The position numbers and the translations under genes are program-made. Below are positions 11,370 through 24,326 of a stretch of DNA of 64,000 bases, piece after piece. Below the pieces are notes generated by a model. That model did not search any database, was not told the origin of the DNA, and saw nothing but the letters and a program-made list of their open reading frames with translations. This stretch comes from Carcharhinus amblyrhynchos (lineage: Eukaryota): contig OZ336900.1 of NCBI GenBank assembly GCA_965287045.1, positions 12,462,001 through 12,526,000 of the forward strand, read 5' to 3'. The stretch's first letter is position 1; each line of letters starts with the position of its first letter.

Positions 11370-12390
11370 GACTTGGTATGAGGTTTGTGAAGAGATTTAC
11401 AGGGGTTGGTATGTGGACTGTCAGAAGGGGTTTACTGAAGTTGGTATATGGGCTGTCTGAAGGGATTTACTGGGGTTGGTATGTGGATTATGTAAAGGGG
11501 TTTACTGGGGCTGGTAGATGGACTGTGTAAAAGAGTTTACTGGGGTTGGTATGTGTACTGTGTAAAGGGGTTTACTGGGGTTGGTATGTGTACTGTGTAA
11601 AAGAGTTTACTGGGGTTGGTATGTGTACTGTGTAAAGGGGTTTACTGGGGTTGGTATGTGTACTGTGTAAAGGGGTTTACTGGGGTTGGTATGTGTACTG
11701 TGTAAAAGAGTTTACTGGGGTTGGTATGTGTACTGTGTAAAGGGGTTTACTGGGGTTGGTATGTGTACTGTGTAAAAGAGTTTACTGGGGTTGGTATGTG
11801 TACTGTGTAAAGGGGTTTACTGGGGTTGGTATGTGTACTGTGTAAAGGGGTTTACTGGGGTTGGTATGTGTACTGTGTAAAGGGGTTTACTGGGGTTGGT
11901 AGATGGACTGTGTAAAAGAGTTTACTGGGGTTGGTATGTGTACTGTGTAAAGGGGTTTACTGGGGTTGGTATGTGTACTGTGTAAAGGGGTTTACTGGGG
12001 TTGGTATGTGTACTGTGTAAAAGAGTTTACTGGGGTTGGTATGTGTACTGTGTAAAGGGGTTTACTGGGGTTGGTATGTGTACTGTGTAAAAGAGTTTAC
12101 TGGGGTTGGTATGTGTACTGTGTAAAGGGGTTTACTGGGGTTGGTATGTGTACTGTGTAAAGGGGTTTACTGGGGTTGGTGTGTGTACTGTGTAAAGGGG
12201 TTTACTGGGGTTGGTAGATGGACTGTGTAAAAGAGTTTACTGGGGTTGGTATGTGTACTGTGTAAAGGGGTTTACTGGGGTTGGTATGTGGACTGTGTAA
12301 ACGGATTTATTGGGGTTGGTATGTGGACTATGTAAAGGGGTTTACTGGAGTTGGCATATGAGCTCTGTGAAAGGGTTTACCAGGGCTTGG
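11370..12390 (+). repeat. 35-bp minisatellite, about 29 units
   Basis: Unit TTGGTATGTGTACTGTGTAAAGGGGTTTACTGGGG. Homogeneous core at about 11470-12350 with degenerate flanks. Confidence 0.97.
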
Positions 12391-13269
12391 TAAATGAAGG
12401 GTTTATTGATTTGTGAATGTGATATGGGAGGTGTTTATTGGGGTTGGCATATGAAGGGTTTATTAGTTTGGTGTTTTTAAAAGCATTTATTGAGTTTGGT
12501 CTGTGGAGTGCATGAAAACATGCATTGCTTGTGTCCATGTTTTGTGAAGGTTTTTGTTGGAGTTATTGGGCATATTAAGGGGTTCATCAGACTTGATTTT
12601 AGTTCTCTTAGTGTGTCAACTTAAATGGTTATCAGCCCTAGAACAACGTGTTTTGCTAGATAAGTCACTTTCTCAACTCTGTTTTGAAATAGTGTGCATT
12701 GGGAGCTGTCTAATTGCCTCACATCCATCTATTACCTCTGCCTGTCTGGCACTAAATCTACCATGTCACCTCAATAACTCTTCAATATCCTGTTCGACTT
12801 TTATCTGACTTGACAATTGATTTCCCCTCATCAGTCTCAACACATGATAGGAGACTTTGCACAACAGTCAAACCATAATACACTAAGATTAATCTGATTA
12901 CTGAGATATTCACAGATCCACACATTCTATTCTTATCACATTTCAAATACTTTCTCATAATTTCCAACGTGATCCTTTAGGGCAGGGGTTTGAACATTTT
13001 TGGGCTCTTGTTTGCTGTACAGTGACACCAAATATTGAAGGGACGCCCTGCAGCTTTGGTCTTTGGGTAACCTCTTAGCTGTGGATTGTGTGGCTGTTGC
13101 AGTTCCTTCTTGCTGTGGATTCTGAACCATACTTAAGCAGCAAGAAAAATGTTTGAGGCTTTTCCCTGTGGCACATGATTGTTTGAGAGATATCAAAACT
13201 GAGCACTAAATAGTCACTGATGTATTTGAAAGCTCACTCTTCCTGATTGGTATAACCTTTTTTTCATCT

Positions 13270-13580
13270 GGGTGATACGGTGACACAATGATTAGCACTG
13301 CTGTCTCACAGTGCCAGGGACCCGCGTTCGATTCCTGTTTCGGGTCACTGTCTGTACGGAGTGTGCACCTTCTCCCCATACCTGCATGGGTTTCCTCCGG
13401 GTGCTCCGGTTTCCTCCCACAGTCCAAAGATGTGCTGGTTAGGTGCATTGGCCATGCTAAATTCTCCCTCTGTGTACCTGAACGGGCGCCAGAGTGTGGT
13501 GACTCAGGGATTTTCACAGTAACTTCATTGCAGTATTAATGTAAGCCTACTTGTGACTAATAAATTAATTTTAACTTTAA
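13270..13580 (+). mobile_element. HE1 (V-SINE) copy, tail type B
   Basis: tRNA-derived head with B box GTTCGATTC, V-domain GGGTTTCCTCCGGGTGCTCCGGTTTCCTCCCACAGTCCAAAGA, tail GGATTTTCACAGTAACTTCATTGCAG...TGTGACTAATAAA. Confidence 0.9.
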
Positions 13581-14162
13581 ATACCATTGGTGCTTTCAGA
13601 AAAAATGTTTCAAAATCTCTAAACTTTCAAAATAAGGTGAAATCGAGAGTGATTAGCTGTTCCTGTGAAAGTGGCAGAGAAAAGGCTTTTGCAGTTGAAG
13701 TCAGTGAGAGAAAACAGACCAGGATTTCGCCAGAATGCTTTGTGTGACCTCAGAATTGCCAATCATCCATATTGGGGTTTGACTAATTACGCATTTGACA
13801 AGTTGGGTGTTTGTTTATATCTTGTCCCAGTAACTTGTGGGTTTGATCAAGAGCAAAGTAAAAACTTATGTTGTACTATAGGGGCACGCTAAGGTAGAGG
13901 GGAGAGGCTTTTCAGGCCCATTTAGAAATCTTGCTGGAGTTTAACTTATAGGATGAATTTGGCATTCTCCTGTATGATGAACGCAGAATTCCAAAAGTTC
14001 ATGAGCATTTCCTGCTTTTTCACAAACAGAAATCCATCACCTCCTGTCACAACACCACCATTTTGTCTCTCTGGTGAAACATTAAGACTGCATTAATGTG
14101 AGAATCTTTTGATCTTAGCTCTGGCACTGATTGTTAACCCGGTTTGCTCTCACTTTTAACAG

Positions 14163-14273
14163 GCATATAGTAGTGTGTGGACACATCACACTAGAGAGTG
14201 TCTCCAATTTTCTAAAGGACTTCTTGCACAAGGACAGGGATGATGTGAACGTAGAAATAGTCTTTCTGCACAA
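14163..14273 (+). CDS. KCNMA1: BK channel exon 10 (start of RCK1), 111 nt
   Basis: aacag|G...CAA|gtaagt. Translates (K)[36 protein letters not shown](N). In phase with both exon 9 and exon 9alt. Confidence 0.96.
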
Positions 14274-14802
14274 GTAAGTAAAAGCTTTGATTTACATTGG
14301 AACTGTGACGTGCCGAACTGTAGTGTGATTGACTAAAATAATTCATGTTTCAATCAAAGCAAGATGCTGAAAAAGCAAAACCCGTATGTTTGTGAATCTG
14401 TTAGTTAGTCTCGTGATAAATAAGGTAGAAAGAGAGGGATACAGATGCAAGTGTCGACTGCAGCCCTATTCCATGTTTACATGTCTTCCCATTCTTAAAA
14501 AGCCCAGTGTCTGGGCTGGAAGGCTAGTTCAAAATGGATTGGTGGTTTCATGAGTACGAACACTGCAGAATAAAGGTGGCAAGGGCAGCTGTCCCTGGCT
14601 GATGGTAGCGATAAACGCACCATCCCTGGGCTGGGGTAAAAACAAGTCCACTTAATTAGTGACCACGCTTGGAAAGTGTAATTGTGGGAGAGCAGGGATG
14701 GGTTTAAAGACACCACATGCCCTTGACTCATTGTCCTGGCTCACACTTAGTCAGGATACCTCCATGTCTCTACTCCACCCCCACCCTGGCGTCCACCCAG
14801 TG

Positions 14803-15367
14803 TAAGAACATAAGAAATAGGAGCAGGAGTAGGCCATCTAGCCCTTCGAGCCTGCCCCGCCATTCAATAAGATCATGGCTGATCTTTCGTGGCTCAGTTC
14901 CACTTTCCCGCCCTCTCCCCATAACCCTTAATCCCCTCTCTTATCAAAAACCCATCAACCTGCGTCTTAAAAATATTTAGCGAGGCAGCCTCCACCACTT
15001 CAACGGGCAGAGAATTCCAGAGATTCACCACCCTTTGAGTGAAGAAGTTCCTCCTCAACTCCGTTCTAAACCGCCTCCCCCTTTATCTTGAGGCTGTGCC
15101 CCCTAGTCCTACTGTCCTTTCTGAGCGGGAAGAGTCTCTCCACCTCTATCCTATCCATCCCATTCATCATCTTATACGTCTCAATGAGATCTCCCCTCAT
15201 TCTTCTAAACTCTAACGAGTGCAAACCTAGTTTATTCAGCCTCTCCTCATAGCTCAACCCCCCTCAACTCTGGTATCAGCCTAGTAAACCTCCTCTGCAC
15301 TCCCTCCAAGGCCAAAATATCCTTACGTAAGTGTGGCGACCAAAACGGCACACAGTACTCCAGCTGC
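14803..15367 (-). mobile_element. CR1 LINE 3' fragment, relatively young
   Basis: ORF 15066-15257 gives [44 protein letters not shown]...TRGHSLKIKG. CR1 tail at 14803-14885. Confidence 0.92.
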
Positions 15368-15659
15368 AGGGTGGTGAGAAAATTGGGAAGACAAAGAAAA
15401 CACTAATGGAGCTCTGATTTTCCGCCACTATTGTACTGGCTTGAAAAGATTGTCACCCTGAAAAATCTATAAGGTTTTAAGAGCTTGTCATCCACTGAAA
15501 TGTCATTCATCTATTTCCCAACTTGGTGTCCTCAGCGTGTCATGGAACAATCTAATGATGAAAAGTAGAAGTGCTGGCAACAAACAACAGCTAAAATGAG
15601 AAAGGACAGTCAGTGTATCAGACAGGAGCTCCTATAGGAACAGTAAGCAGTGGTCAGTC

Positions 15660-15856
15660 AATGGCGGGATTCCCCCCACAACCGTCTCCCTGTGGCATGT
15701 TTTGTGCCTGCCATTGGCCGACAGCGAGATCTTTGGGTTTTGGTGCTGTCAGTGGGGTTTCTTATTCTATGCAGCACCGGAAAACCCACAGCGGGGATTC
15801 ACTGTCGGTCAGACTGGAAGGTCCTACTGGCGGGAATGGTTGGAAAATTCCGGCCT
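15660..15856. mobile_element. MITE-like non-autonomous DNA element relic
   Basis: GC-richer island ending GGAAAATTCCGGCC, with partial internal inverted symmetry. Confidence 0.4.
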
Positions 15857-16189
15857 AAAATTCCACTCCAAGATCCAGGGTGGCGTGGGGATTTGTAGCA
15901 CGATGGCAATGTGAGTGGAGATCAGCTGACTTGACATCAAACTGGAGACCCTCGTGCCCAAATAGATCAGACACTGAGACTTCATCACCAAGCCATTGTT
16001 AATGTAAAGCCCTTCTAAACACTGGATCAAAGGGCTCCATTATGTGATCATAAATGTGACACAATAAATACTAAAACTCCCAGCAGGTTTGTTTTCCATC
16101 TCGGTAACCAACTCCAGTTGCGACAACATTTTGAATTCTCTGTACATCTCCAATTCTGCCTCTTGTGCACCCTCAAAGTTCTTTTCCTT

Positions 16190-16415
16190 GCCATCAGCAC
16201 CCATTCCTTCCGTTGCCTGGGCCCTACGATCTGGAATTCGCTCCCCAGACCTCTCCATCTCACCACCTCTCCTTCCTTGGGATACAAATCTAAACCTACA
16301 TCTATGAATAAGCATTAGCCCCCTGTCCTAATACTCCCTTAAGTGGCTGTGTTTGGTAATTGTTCCCATGAAATACCTGGGGATCTTGCAATATTGTAAA
16401 GGCAGAGGTTGTTGT
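16190..16415 (+). mobile_element. L2-like LINE 3' relic
   Basis: Reads SFRCLGPTIWNSLP, typical of the L2 ORF2 C-terminus, followed by an L2-type tail. Confidence 0.6.
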
Positions 16416-18319
16416 AATGGTTGAAAAGGACACAGGGAATGTTATAGCAGCGTATGTGTGCTGGAATAAAACATCTTTTCAAATGACATCGCTGCTTCAT
16501 CTCATTTTAGAAATGATGCTAAATAGATTAGCATGACTGAGCTTTGGCTGGACCACTGTGAGCTATATTATTGATAGCAGTGATGATTTGATTCATTGCC
16601 TGTGGTTTCAGTCTTCTGTTCTCTGGATTAACACATCGGCAGGGGAGCGGAGCAATTCACTTACTTCATCCCAGCAGCATCTGTAGCTGCTGATTTTCCT
16701 AAACTGTGGATGTGGATCGTAATAATATAAAATGATCCCAGGAGCTCCATCAAAGGCTACGCAAGACTAGGCAGTGAGTAAGTGAGCGATGAAAAGCAGC
16801 AAATGTCTCAGGCCAAAGCGCTCACCATCCCCCCTCTTCCCTCAACCCCACCCACTGCAGTGCATCCTGCTGAATGGACCAACCATGCTGTGGGCCAGTG
16901 ATCAGTCCAGTTTGGATTAGGTAGGAGGCAGCTTGACTCAGGCACCCACGATGTAATGTTGGAACATTTATATGTGTGACTATTGACTAGGGACTGAATC
17001 TGATTCAGCTGTGATGCACCTAAATTCCTGTCTGGGTTAGCATGTTAACAATAACTATTTGGATTTGCAATACCTCTGGGTGTGAGGCACCAATGGAACC
17101 ATCCATCAACCAATGCTTTTCGGTAAGAAGTTGCAGAGGGACATGGGGGATGGGGAGGGGGGCTAGCAAACCCATGAATAAACCTGATTCCGACAGGAAG
17201 ACAATGCTGAATCCTACCAGGTTCTAGCAGATCTCAACTTCTGGCACAATACAAGCTCGATTACCTCAAACTAACAAAAAGAGAACATATTTAAAACAGT
17301 TAATTTCATAGAAAGGACTTGTCCTCTCAGAGCCTAATTAATTACAATTCTTTTCAACATTATTAAATAAACATGTGTCCCTCTGCATTTTGTCATGGAA
17401 CCAGCAGATTGCACTCATTCAATTGTCTTTGGACCTGAATTTGAAAATGGTCAGAGTAATTAGAAATTATAATATCCCCCTTTTTCATTTATCCCCAGAG
17501 GGATATTGTAATTTCTAATTACCTGTTACTAGTTACCTGTGCCATTGCCCAGCTAAAGATTCAGCAACCTTGCAACAGGCGGGAAGCAATGAAGAAGCAG
17601 CCCAGGACTGATCTGGGGAGGAGACTTACCCCAGCCCAACCAAGGCAGACAACCTGTCATCAGAAATTGCCATCAGGGGAATCCTGACATGCAAACCTTT
17701 ATCCTACGGTTTGGTGGCGCCTCTATCGTCCATTCCGAAACAGCCTCGTGCAGCATTTGGACTGTAGGCTTCAGAAAAATGCTAGTTATCTTCATCCCAA
17801 GATTCTTGATGTGTAATCCCCAGCAATCAGTTTTAGTTGGCAAGTAGAATCCCTCATGAACGTTTTAAGGAGCTGAAGGAATGTGTCAAGTGGATTGATG
17901 TGTGATGTTCCTTTTGTAAATCGTTGAGTGCACTATGTACAGACCAAAGCACCAGAGGGAGGGAAAATGAAATCGGTCCACCTTGAAAGAACATGTTCCA
18001 GTGAAGCCGGTTTTTGTTTGTCATGATTTTTTGCTTTGTAAAATCCCATCAGGTTTTATAAAGGATGCATCCTCCCTTGGCGATTGTAGGTGGGAGAACG
18101 TGGGCTGGAGTGTTGTAACCTGCTGTCCGACCAGGACTCCCTGTACTCTTTATCATTGAAAGCGCAGGAGCAGAAAACCACTCCTTGTGGGAAGGCAGTA
18201 AAACTTTGAGTTAGGTATGAGGTATCCTAGTGGGTCGGCAGAACCTAAGTTGATATGATTGAGAGGTTTTGGAAAAAGTAGGTAGGGAATAATGGCAGCG
18301 GCGTCAGTGATCAGGGAAT

Positions 18320-18560
18320 TTTTGAAGATAATTGTCAATAAAAAACAGGGAAAATGAGAACTTGTTTTGTTATGCAGCGACTGGTTACGATTGGAGATGC
18401 TCTCTGCTTGAGAGGGTGGTGAAAAGAGACACAGTTGTACCTTTCAAAAGAGAGGTGGATGCATATTTAAAAAGATAAACATTGCAGGGCTATGGGGAAA
18501 CACAAGGAATTGAGATTAGCTCATTCAGAAAGACAGTAAAGGCACAATGAGCTGTGAGCT
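18320..18560 (+). mobile_element. Decayed CR1 3' fragment
   Basis: Remnants MRTCFVMQRLV..., TFKREVDAYLK and LQGYGE. Confidence 0.6.
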
Positions 18561-19230
18561 CTGTCTATGTTGTTTGAGTGTATGCTCCTGTCAAGGCCCA
18601 TTCAAATAACAAGCTTTATCTATAAAGTCTCCAGCTGCGTGGCTTATATTAAAGCTTCATTAAACCATCACCTATTCTGTGCAAGGTGAAGCTGGCAGAC
18701 CCATGTTACAATGCTAGCTGCGAGTTGCAAGTGACAAAACCATTTAATCTTTGAATGTGGGCAAGTGTAACGTCGCTCCTAACACTTTGTATCTAGGACC
18801 ATACATTAAACCAAATGTTGCCCTGCCCTGGGCCCAAGAAACTTGCATTTTTATAGCACCTTAACAGTTGTAAAATATCCTGAGGCATTTCGCAGACAAA
18901 TTTTGACACCAAGCCACTTAAGGGGGTACTGTGACAGGTAGATAAAAGCTTGATCTAAGAGGTAGATTTTAAGAAATGTCTTAAAACTTACCTCGTCCCT
19001 AGAAGTAGAATGAGACCCTGATCTCTCAGTGTCAGAACGCTGGGGCTTAGATGAGCAGAGGTTACGTTGCCACTCAGTGTTGATATTCATCTAGAATTGC
19101 CTTGTATTAAAATATTACACATAAAATATATATACTTAAGGCTAGATTGTCAATGTTTGTATTTATCTTGCCTAAATGTTGCATGTATTTTTTGACTAAC
19201 TGTTTCGATTTGTTTTTTTTACCTCCCCAG

Positions 19231-19336
19231 TATTTCCCCTAACCTTGAGCTCGAAGCCCTTTTTAAAAGACATTTCACTCAGGTGGAATTCTTCCAAGGT
19301 TCTGTCCTGAACCCTCACGATCTAGCCAGAGTCAAG
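19231..19336 (+). CDS. KCNMA1: BK channel exon 11, 106 nt
   Basis: cccag|T...AAG|gtaatc. Translates (N)[35 protein letters not shown]. Confidence 0.96.
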
Positions 19337-20609
19337 GTAATCCTGTATCCTTTTTCTGACTCTACTGCCTTGTGTGCTATGATATGATTTTTTTATATTA
19401 TAACCAGGGCAGTAAAGTTTGCTTTAACTCAGAAAAGGCTCCCCCCGCCTCCACAGTTTCTGATTTATCAGCTGCACATTTTCAAAGTCACTGTGGATGG
19501 ATGTGCTTGAGATTTTTCTTGCTTTGTTTAGAAAGCTGCATCTCGTTTAGTGTAAGAAAACCTAGCCGGTGTGTAAGAGGCAGTGAAATGGAACCCAGCA
19601 TCATGTACAACTGCAAACAACAGGATCGATTTTGCAGCCGCTGCCCATTGATGTCTGCTACCTGGAGTGGAAAGTCTTGAAGATGACTGCAGCCATCACT
19701 GTTCATCAAATCTGGGTGTAATTAAGGCTGCCCTGTGTTTCAACCATCTATCAACCCTCTGAGTTGCACAGATACATCCTGTCGTTGTAATGATGGGCAA
19801 TGGTACAGAGTTTACAGGAGGGGCATGCCCTCTTAGATTTATTTTTCTCGCCTTTCAGCTTGAAATTAGGTTTGGAAAAAAAGAAGTAAACAAGAAAAGT
19901 AAATACATTTTCAAAATCTCTAATAACAATTTACTACCCACAGGATTGAGACTCCACAGTTTCGAGTGCAGCCTTTCTGGACTGGAGAGGTTGTGCAGAA
20001 TTGCAGAAATGCAAATTTTGTCCTTAAAAGAGTCCTTACGTTGCAAGTATCAGCCCTAATATCCTCCAGGGTATTTAATTCATGCCTGCTGGGCAAATGC
20101 CACAATTTCTTGAAATTCCCAGGGAGGTTTATTTTTGTGAAACTGCACCACTCAAATTGTCCAGTAACTTGATGATTCACAACTTTCAATATACCTCTAT
20201 CCTGCCTCAAAGTGTAGGGTTATTTGCTCATTAACAATTGTTTTCTCATTAAACTCACTGTTACATTTGCAGCCAATTCTGGGACAAGACAAACTCTGGG
20301 AAGTTGGGTGTCATGGTAGCCATCAACTGGCAATGATAATATTGATTAAACTTGAATTCTGCCTCAATGGATTTTGTTTTATTGCATTTTATTTACCCTC
20401 TTTCTATGGGCTGAGAGTTATGTTCGAACTCAGTTCAGGCTAGTAAAATAAAAATCTTGTCTGTCTGAGAGGTACAGTAGGCTTCAGACCAGCTTGAGTC
20501 CACTGCTAATTAATGGACATGGCTCCAAAGTACAATACTGCCAGAGTTTGGGCAAAATTACTAAAATACTGATGATCACATTCAGAACTGCCATATAGGT
20601 GGCTGAGTG

Positions 20610-20757
20610 AACCACCTTTTTTGAAAAAAGGAAATGGGGAACAGGTGGGGAGGTGGATTTGAGACCAGGGAAATACCAGCCATGATCAGATTGAATGGTG
20701 AGCAGGCTCAAAGGGCTGAGTTTGCCTATTTCTGCTCCTAATTCCTGTTTTCCTATG
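20610..20757 (+). mobile_element. CR1 3' tail
   Basis: CAGCCATGATCAGATTGAATGGTGAGCAGGCTCAAAGGGCTGA...TGCTCCTAATTCCTG. Confidence 0.7.
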
Positions 20758-21399
20758 TGAGCATGTCTTGCTAGTGCGGCAGAGAATGCTTCTCCTGTTA
20801 TGGTACATTGTTAGCAGAGTAAAGGAAGCATACTCTTGTGTTATCTTTGCTAAACAAAATCACGTGTGTACAGAATGGAGTCTGGTACAAATGTGAAATT
20901 AATTTAATCCAGTTAGGCTTATATACGTAAATGGCCCACAAAGGGCACAATGCTCTTGTTTCCTTACACAACTCATATACATTTCTGGTTTTTCATTTAT
21001 CTACATGTCAAACTAACCACTGGTTTCCTGTTCCTAAGAGGATATCTCCCTTTCTGACACACATTTTCAGAACTTGGTGACCTCTGGCCATGTGTGTGGA
21101 GAAGTTTTCTCCAACACAAAATGATTTTGACCTTAACCTTCAATTGAATTTTTCACTTCTTGAGACATGTCTGTCTGGCTCTGATGTGGATTTGAACTGG
21201 TTTCAGACATGACTTGTATTGGAGTAAATATTTGTGTCCTACTCATATCCCAACTATCTGATTCATCAGATCATTTGATTCTTCCTAACTTCTCTGTGAA
21301 TCTCTGAAGGCAAACATAGCTATATATGAAAATCTAACCCCAACATCTTAACCAAATATGTGCAAGGACCACATACTTTCACAACTCTTCTTGGTAGCC

Positions 21400-22900
21400 A
21401 TGGCAACCACTTACCTTTCATCCTAACCTTCTAGTTCAATTTCAGACTTCTTTTCACTTACCCTATTCCTACCAAGACTCTTCCTGTCTTGATTGTTTCT
21501 GTTCTACTGACCATGTTGTGTGGCTTCAGCTGTGAGAATCTTGTTCTGAAAGGTCTTTTAAGAAACATTTCAGGTGGAGTTTTGCCTGAAATCGTGTGTT
21601 ACGATAAATAAACAGAAAATTCTCCAGCCTGTGATCCAGTAAAAATTGATGTTTCTTTACAATTGTACCTCGTATCTTCTTATCAAGAGCACGCCTAACA
21701 AGTTGTACTGTGCACTGGGTCGCTCTGTTGAAAGCAGGATGAAATGGTGGAACTCTGATGTGTTTTATCCTGTTCATTCTATGAATTATGCAAACTCCTC
21801 TGTATAAAACTGAGACCCATTGTCATACACGATTTCCTCTGGGAACCCATAAGCAGCAAACTAACTACTCAAAATAGCGACAGTTTTATTAGTTGTTTGA
21901 TTCATCAGGAACCCCTCAATCCAATCTGGCTATCACAGTGAACACTTATAGCCGTTCAGATTCTGCGAAACCAGCGCATAGCTCCTGTCACACTCTATCT
22001 GTCCATTTCCATGGTTGTAACAATCTTGATGGTGGCTGCTCCTCTACCGCCTGACAACTCTTTACTATTTCACTGCCTTCTATGTCCTTATCTAACCCTA
22101 GCCATCAAAGATGGCCGCTTTGTCAAACTCATCCTGAAGTGTTGATCATTGTAAATCACATAGCAACGGCAATCCGCACTCTTCAGCAACTACCAACTCT
22201 GGTTCCCCACACGACACAACCTTTATCAACTGACAACTCATTCTTATACATAAATAATGGCCTGATTTCTACATTCACTGTGTTTGGCCATCCATTTGTG
22301 GTATAGTCATATACCCTTGTCAGTCTGGGGTCCCTGCACGTTGTTCTATCAACATCATCTGCTGTGATTACTAACCCATCTACTTGCGAAAAGAAAAATG
22401 CATCTTTCCTTTTGGACTCTACCTCTGGAGATGGGTAATCTATACATTGCATCAGCATCACAATGATCTTCCAATTGTCCATACTTAATATTATGCCTGT
22501 AGGCAGAAATCATAATCCATCTCTGCATCTGGACTGCAGCTAGAGTGGATCCTGGAGACTTTGGATTCTTTTTCAAGGCCATGATAACTTCTCCGATATC
22601 CTCACTGGGCTGCTTATATCTGCTTATATATTGATAGCTTTCTGCAATCTCCAGTGGCTTCGGGTTAAAATTGTTTGACAGCATTGTCTTTTGGCTGAGC
22701 TGACTTTTGAGCATTTCGTACACTTCTGGATCTGCTTCAGTCAAAAATCTTGTCCCACTGCCTGCTTCACAGCTGGATTATTAGGATCTTAAAGAATATT
22801 GCTCGTACTGAGAAATATCTCTATCTGTTCCACATGTGCATCAATAGCTTCTTGGTCATGGCTGTACTTCCCAAATCGCCCAATAATACTCATTGATGCA
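21400..22900 (-). mobile_element. Decayed, internally deleted Ty3/Gypsy LTR retrotransposon
   Basis: Gag-like NFNPKPLEIAESY, RNase H end LAAVQMQRW, integrase-linked RDPRL...NGWP...ELSVDKGCVVWGTRV, and core GFPEEIVYDNGSQF and PPFHPA.NRA. Many stops and frameshifts. Confidence 0.85.
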
Positions 22901-24005
22901 ATCATCTTCAAAGGTCAGTCCACTCATGTCTAGCACACTTCTTTCTAGCCCACGTTTTTAAGCCTTCCTTTCACTGAAAGGACACTCACAAGTTCTTCCA
23001 CTAGTTTGCTGGAAGCTTCTCCAGCCCAAATATGTTCTGCGAGGGAATCTGCAATCCCACTGTCATTGCCAGACTGTGATACCTTTGCAGAACAAAAACC
23101 CCAGTGTGTACAACATGGCATCTGGTACAAAAATTGAATTAGTTTAATCCAGTTTGGTTTATATACACACTAAACAAGGGCACTACTACAACTCTGTATT
23201 TAGATGTACTTTGCTGGGAGTACTTAAAGCCACCATTGACTAATAAAAAATGCACACCCAGCATGCGTTGAAAATTTAAGAGATAAATGTCCAGCTGGAC
23301 CCAGCTACGTTGAGTGAACTTGCAATCGGAATTCCCACCCTGCCTTTTTATTACTTCATTTACATAACAGGCAAACATGATTGTCTACAGCCGTCAGCTC
23401 ATTTTTACAGCCATCAAAACCAGCCAGGATTGGTCAGTTCCCACTTCCACCAGCACCATTGCAGACACTCCTCTCCAGTTACTGAGAAGTGACCTGCCAG
23501 CTTTCCACCTCCCCTCTCGGGCAACCAATCCCTGGTCTATCGTTGACCAAATTATCAGCAAAAGTCAAGAGAGGTCGACGTTTGGTATCCTGGACAGTGC
23601 TGCTATCTATTAATGAGCAGCAGCAACAAGGCACAGCTACATTTGAGTTGGACAAGTGTTTTTTCTGTTTTAAAGTGAAGAGCGGGATTTCTGTGTGATC
23701 CTTGAATGATCCTCTCTGAAGAACCTGAGATATGTTATTTGTGAAATGACATTTCATTTAATAATTTCATGAGAACGATTTGATCAGGATAACTTTTCTT
23801 CCATGCCGCTTTCCAATGCAAAATGACAAATAAGGGAGTGATTGATTAAACTTGATATTGGATTAATACTTACTCCGAAGTTTAAAATCTAGTTAAGCTC
23901 GATCTACATTGAACATGAGTTTGCTAACTTGTGTTTGAATTTGATGTTGGGTTTCACATCTGATCCACACCTTTCATTGGTTTTTCATGTTTTCCCGTGT
24001 CTCAG

Positions 24006-24088
24006 ATAGAGTCATCAGATGCATGTCTAATTCTGGCAAATAAATACTGTCCTGATCCTGATGCTGAAGATGCCTCCAATATCATGAG
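24006..24088 (+). CDS. KCNMA1: BK channel exon 12, 83 nt
   Basis: ctcag|ATA...GAG|gtaaga. Translates [27 protein letters not shown](R). Confidence 0.96.
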
Positions 24089-24326
24089 GTAAGAGTGGAA
24101 GATGGAACATTACTGCTGAGAGCAACTTCATATTCTGATGAAGGGTTCAGGTTGAAGAGTCTGTTCAGAAATGATGAGTAGGTCGTTCCACTGTGCGTGC
24201 TGTGCTAATGGTAGTGAGTAACTGGGTTTATTTGTAAGAATGCAAGGTGTTTTAGGAAAACAAAATAGCAAACAGCTCGACAAATCTATTCCTTTTTTGA
24301 TAGATAAGCATCGACCTTCACGTTAT

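Noticed and set aside
11370-12390. CRISPR-like array of about 35-bp repeats
   Set aside because: Units are head-to-tail with no unique spacers, there are no cas genes, and the context is a vertebrate intron. It is a minisatellite.
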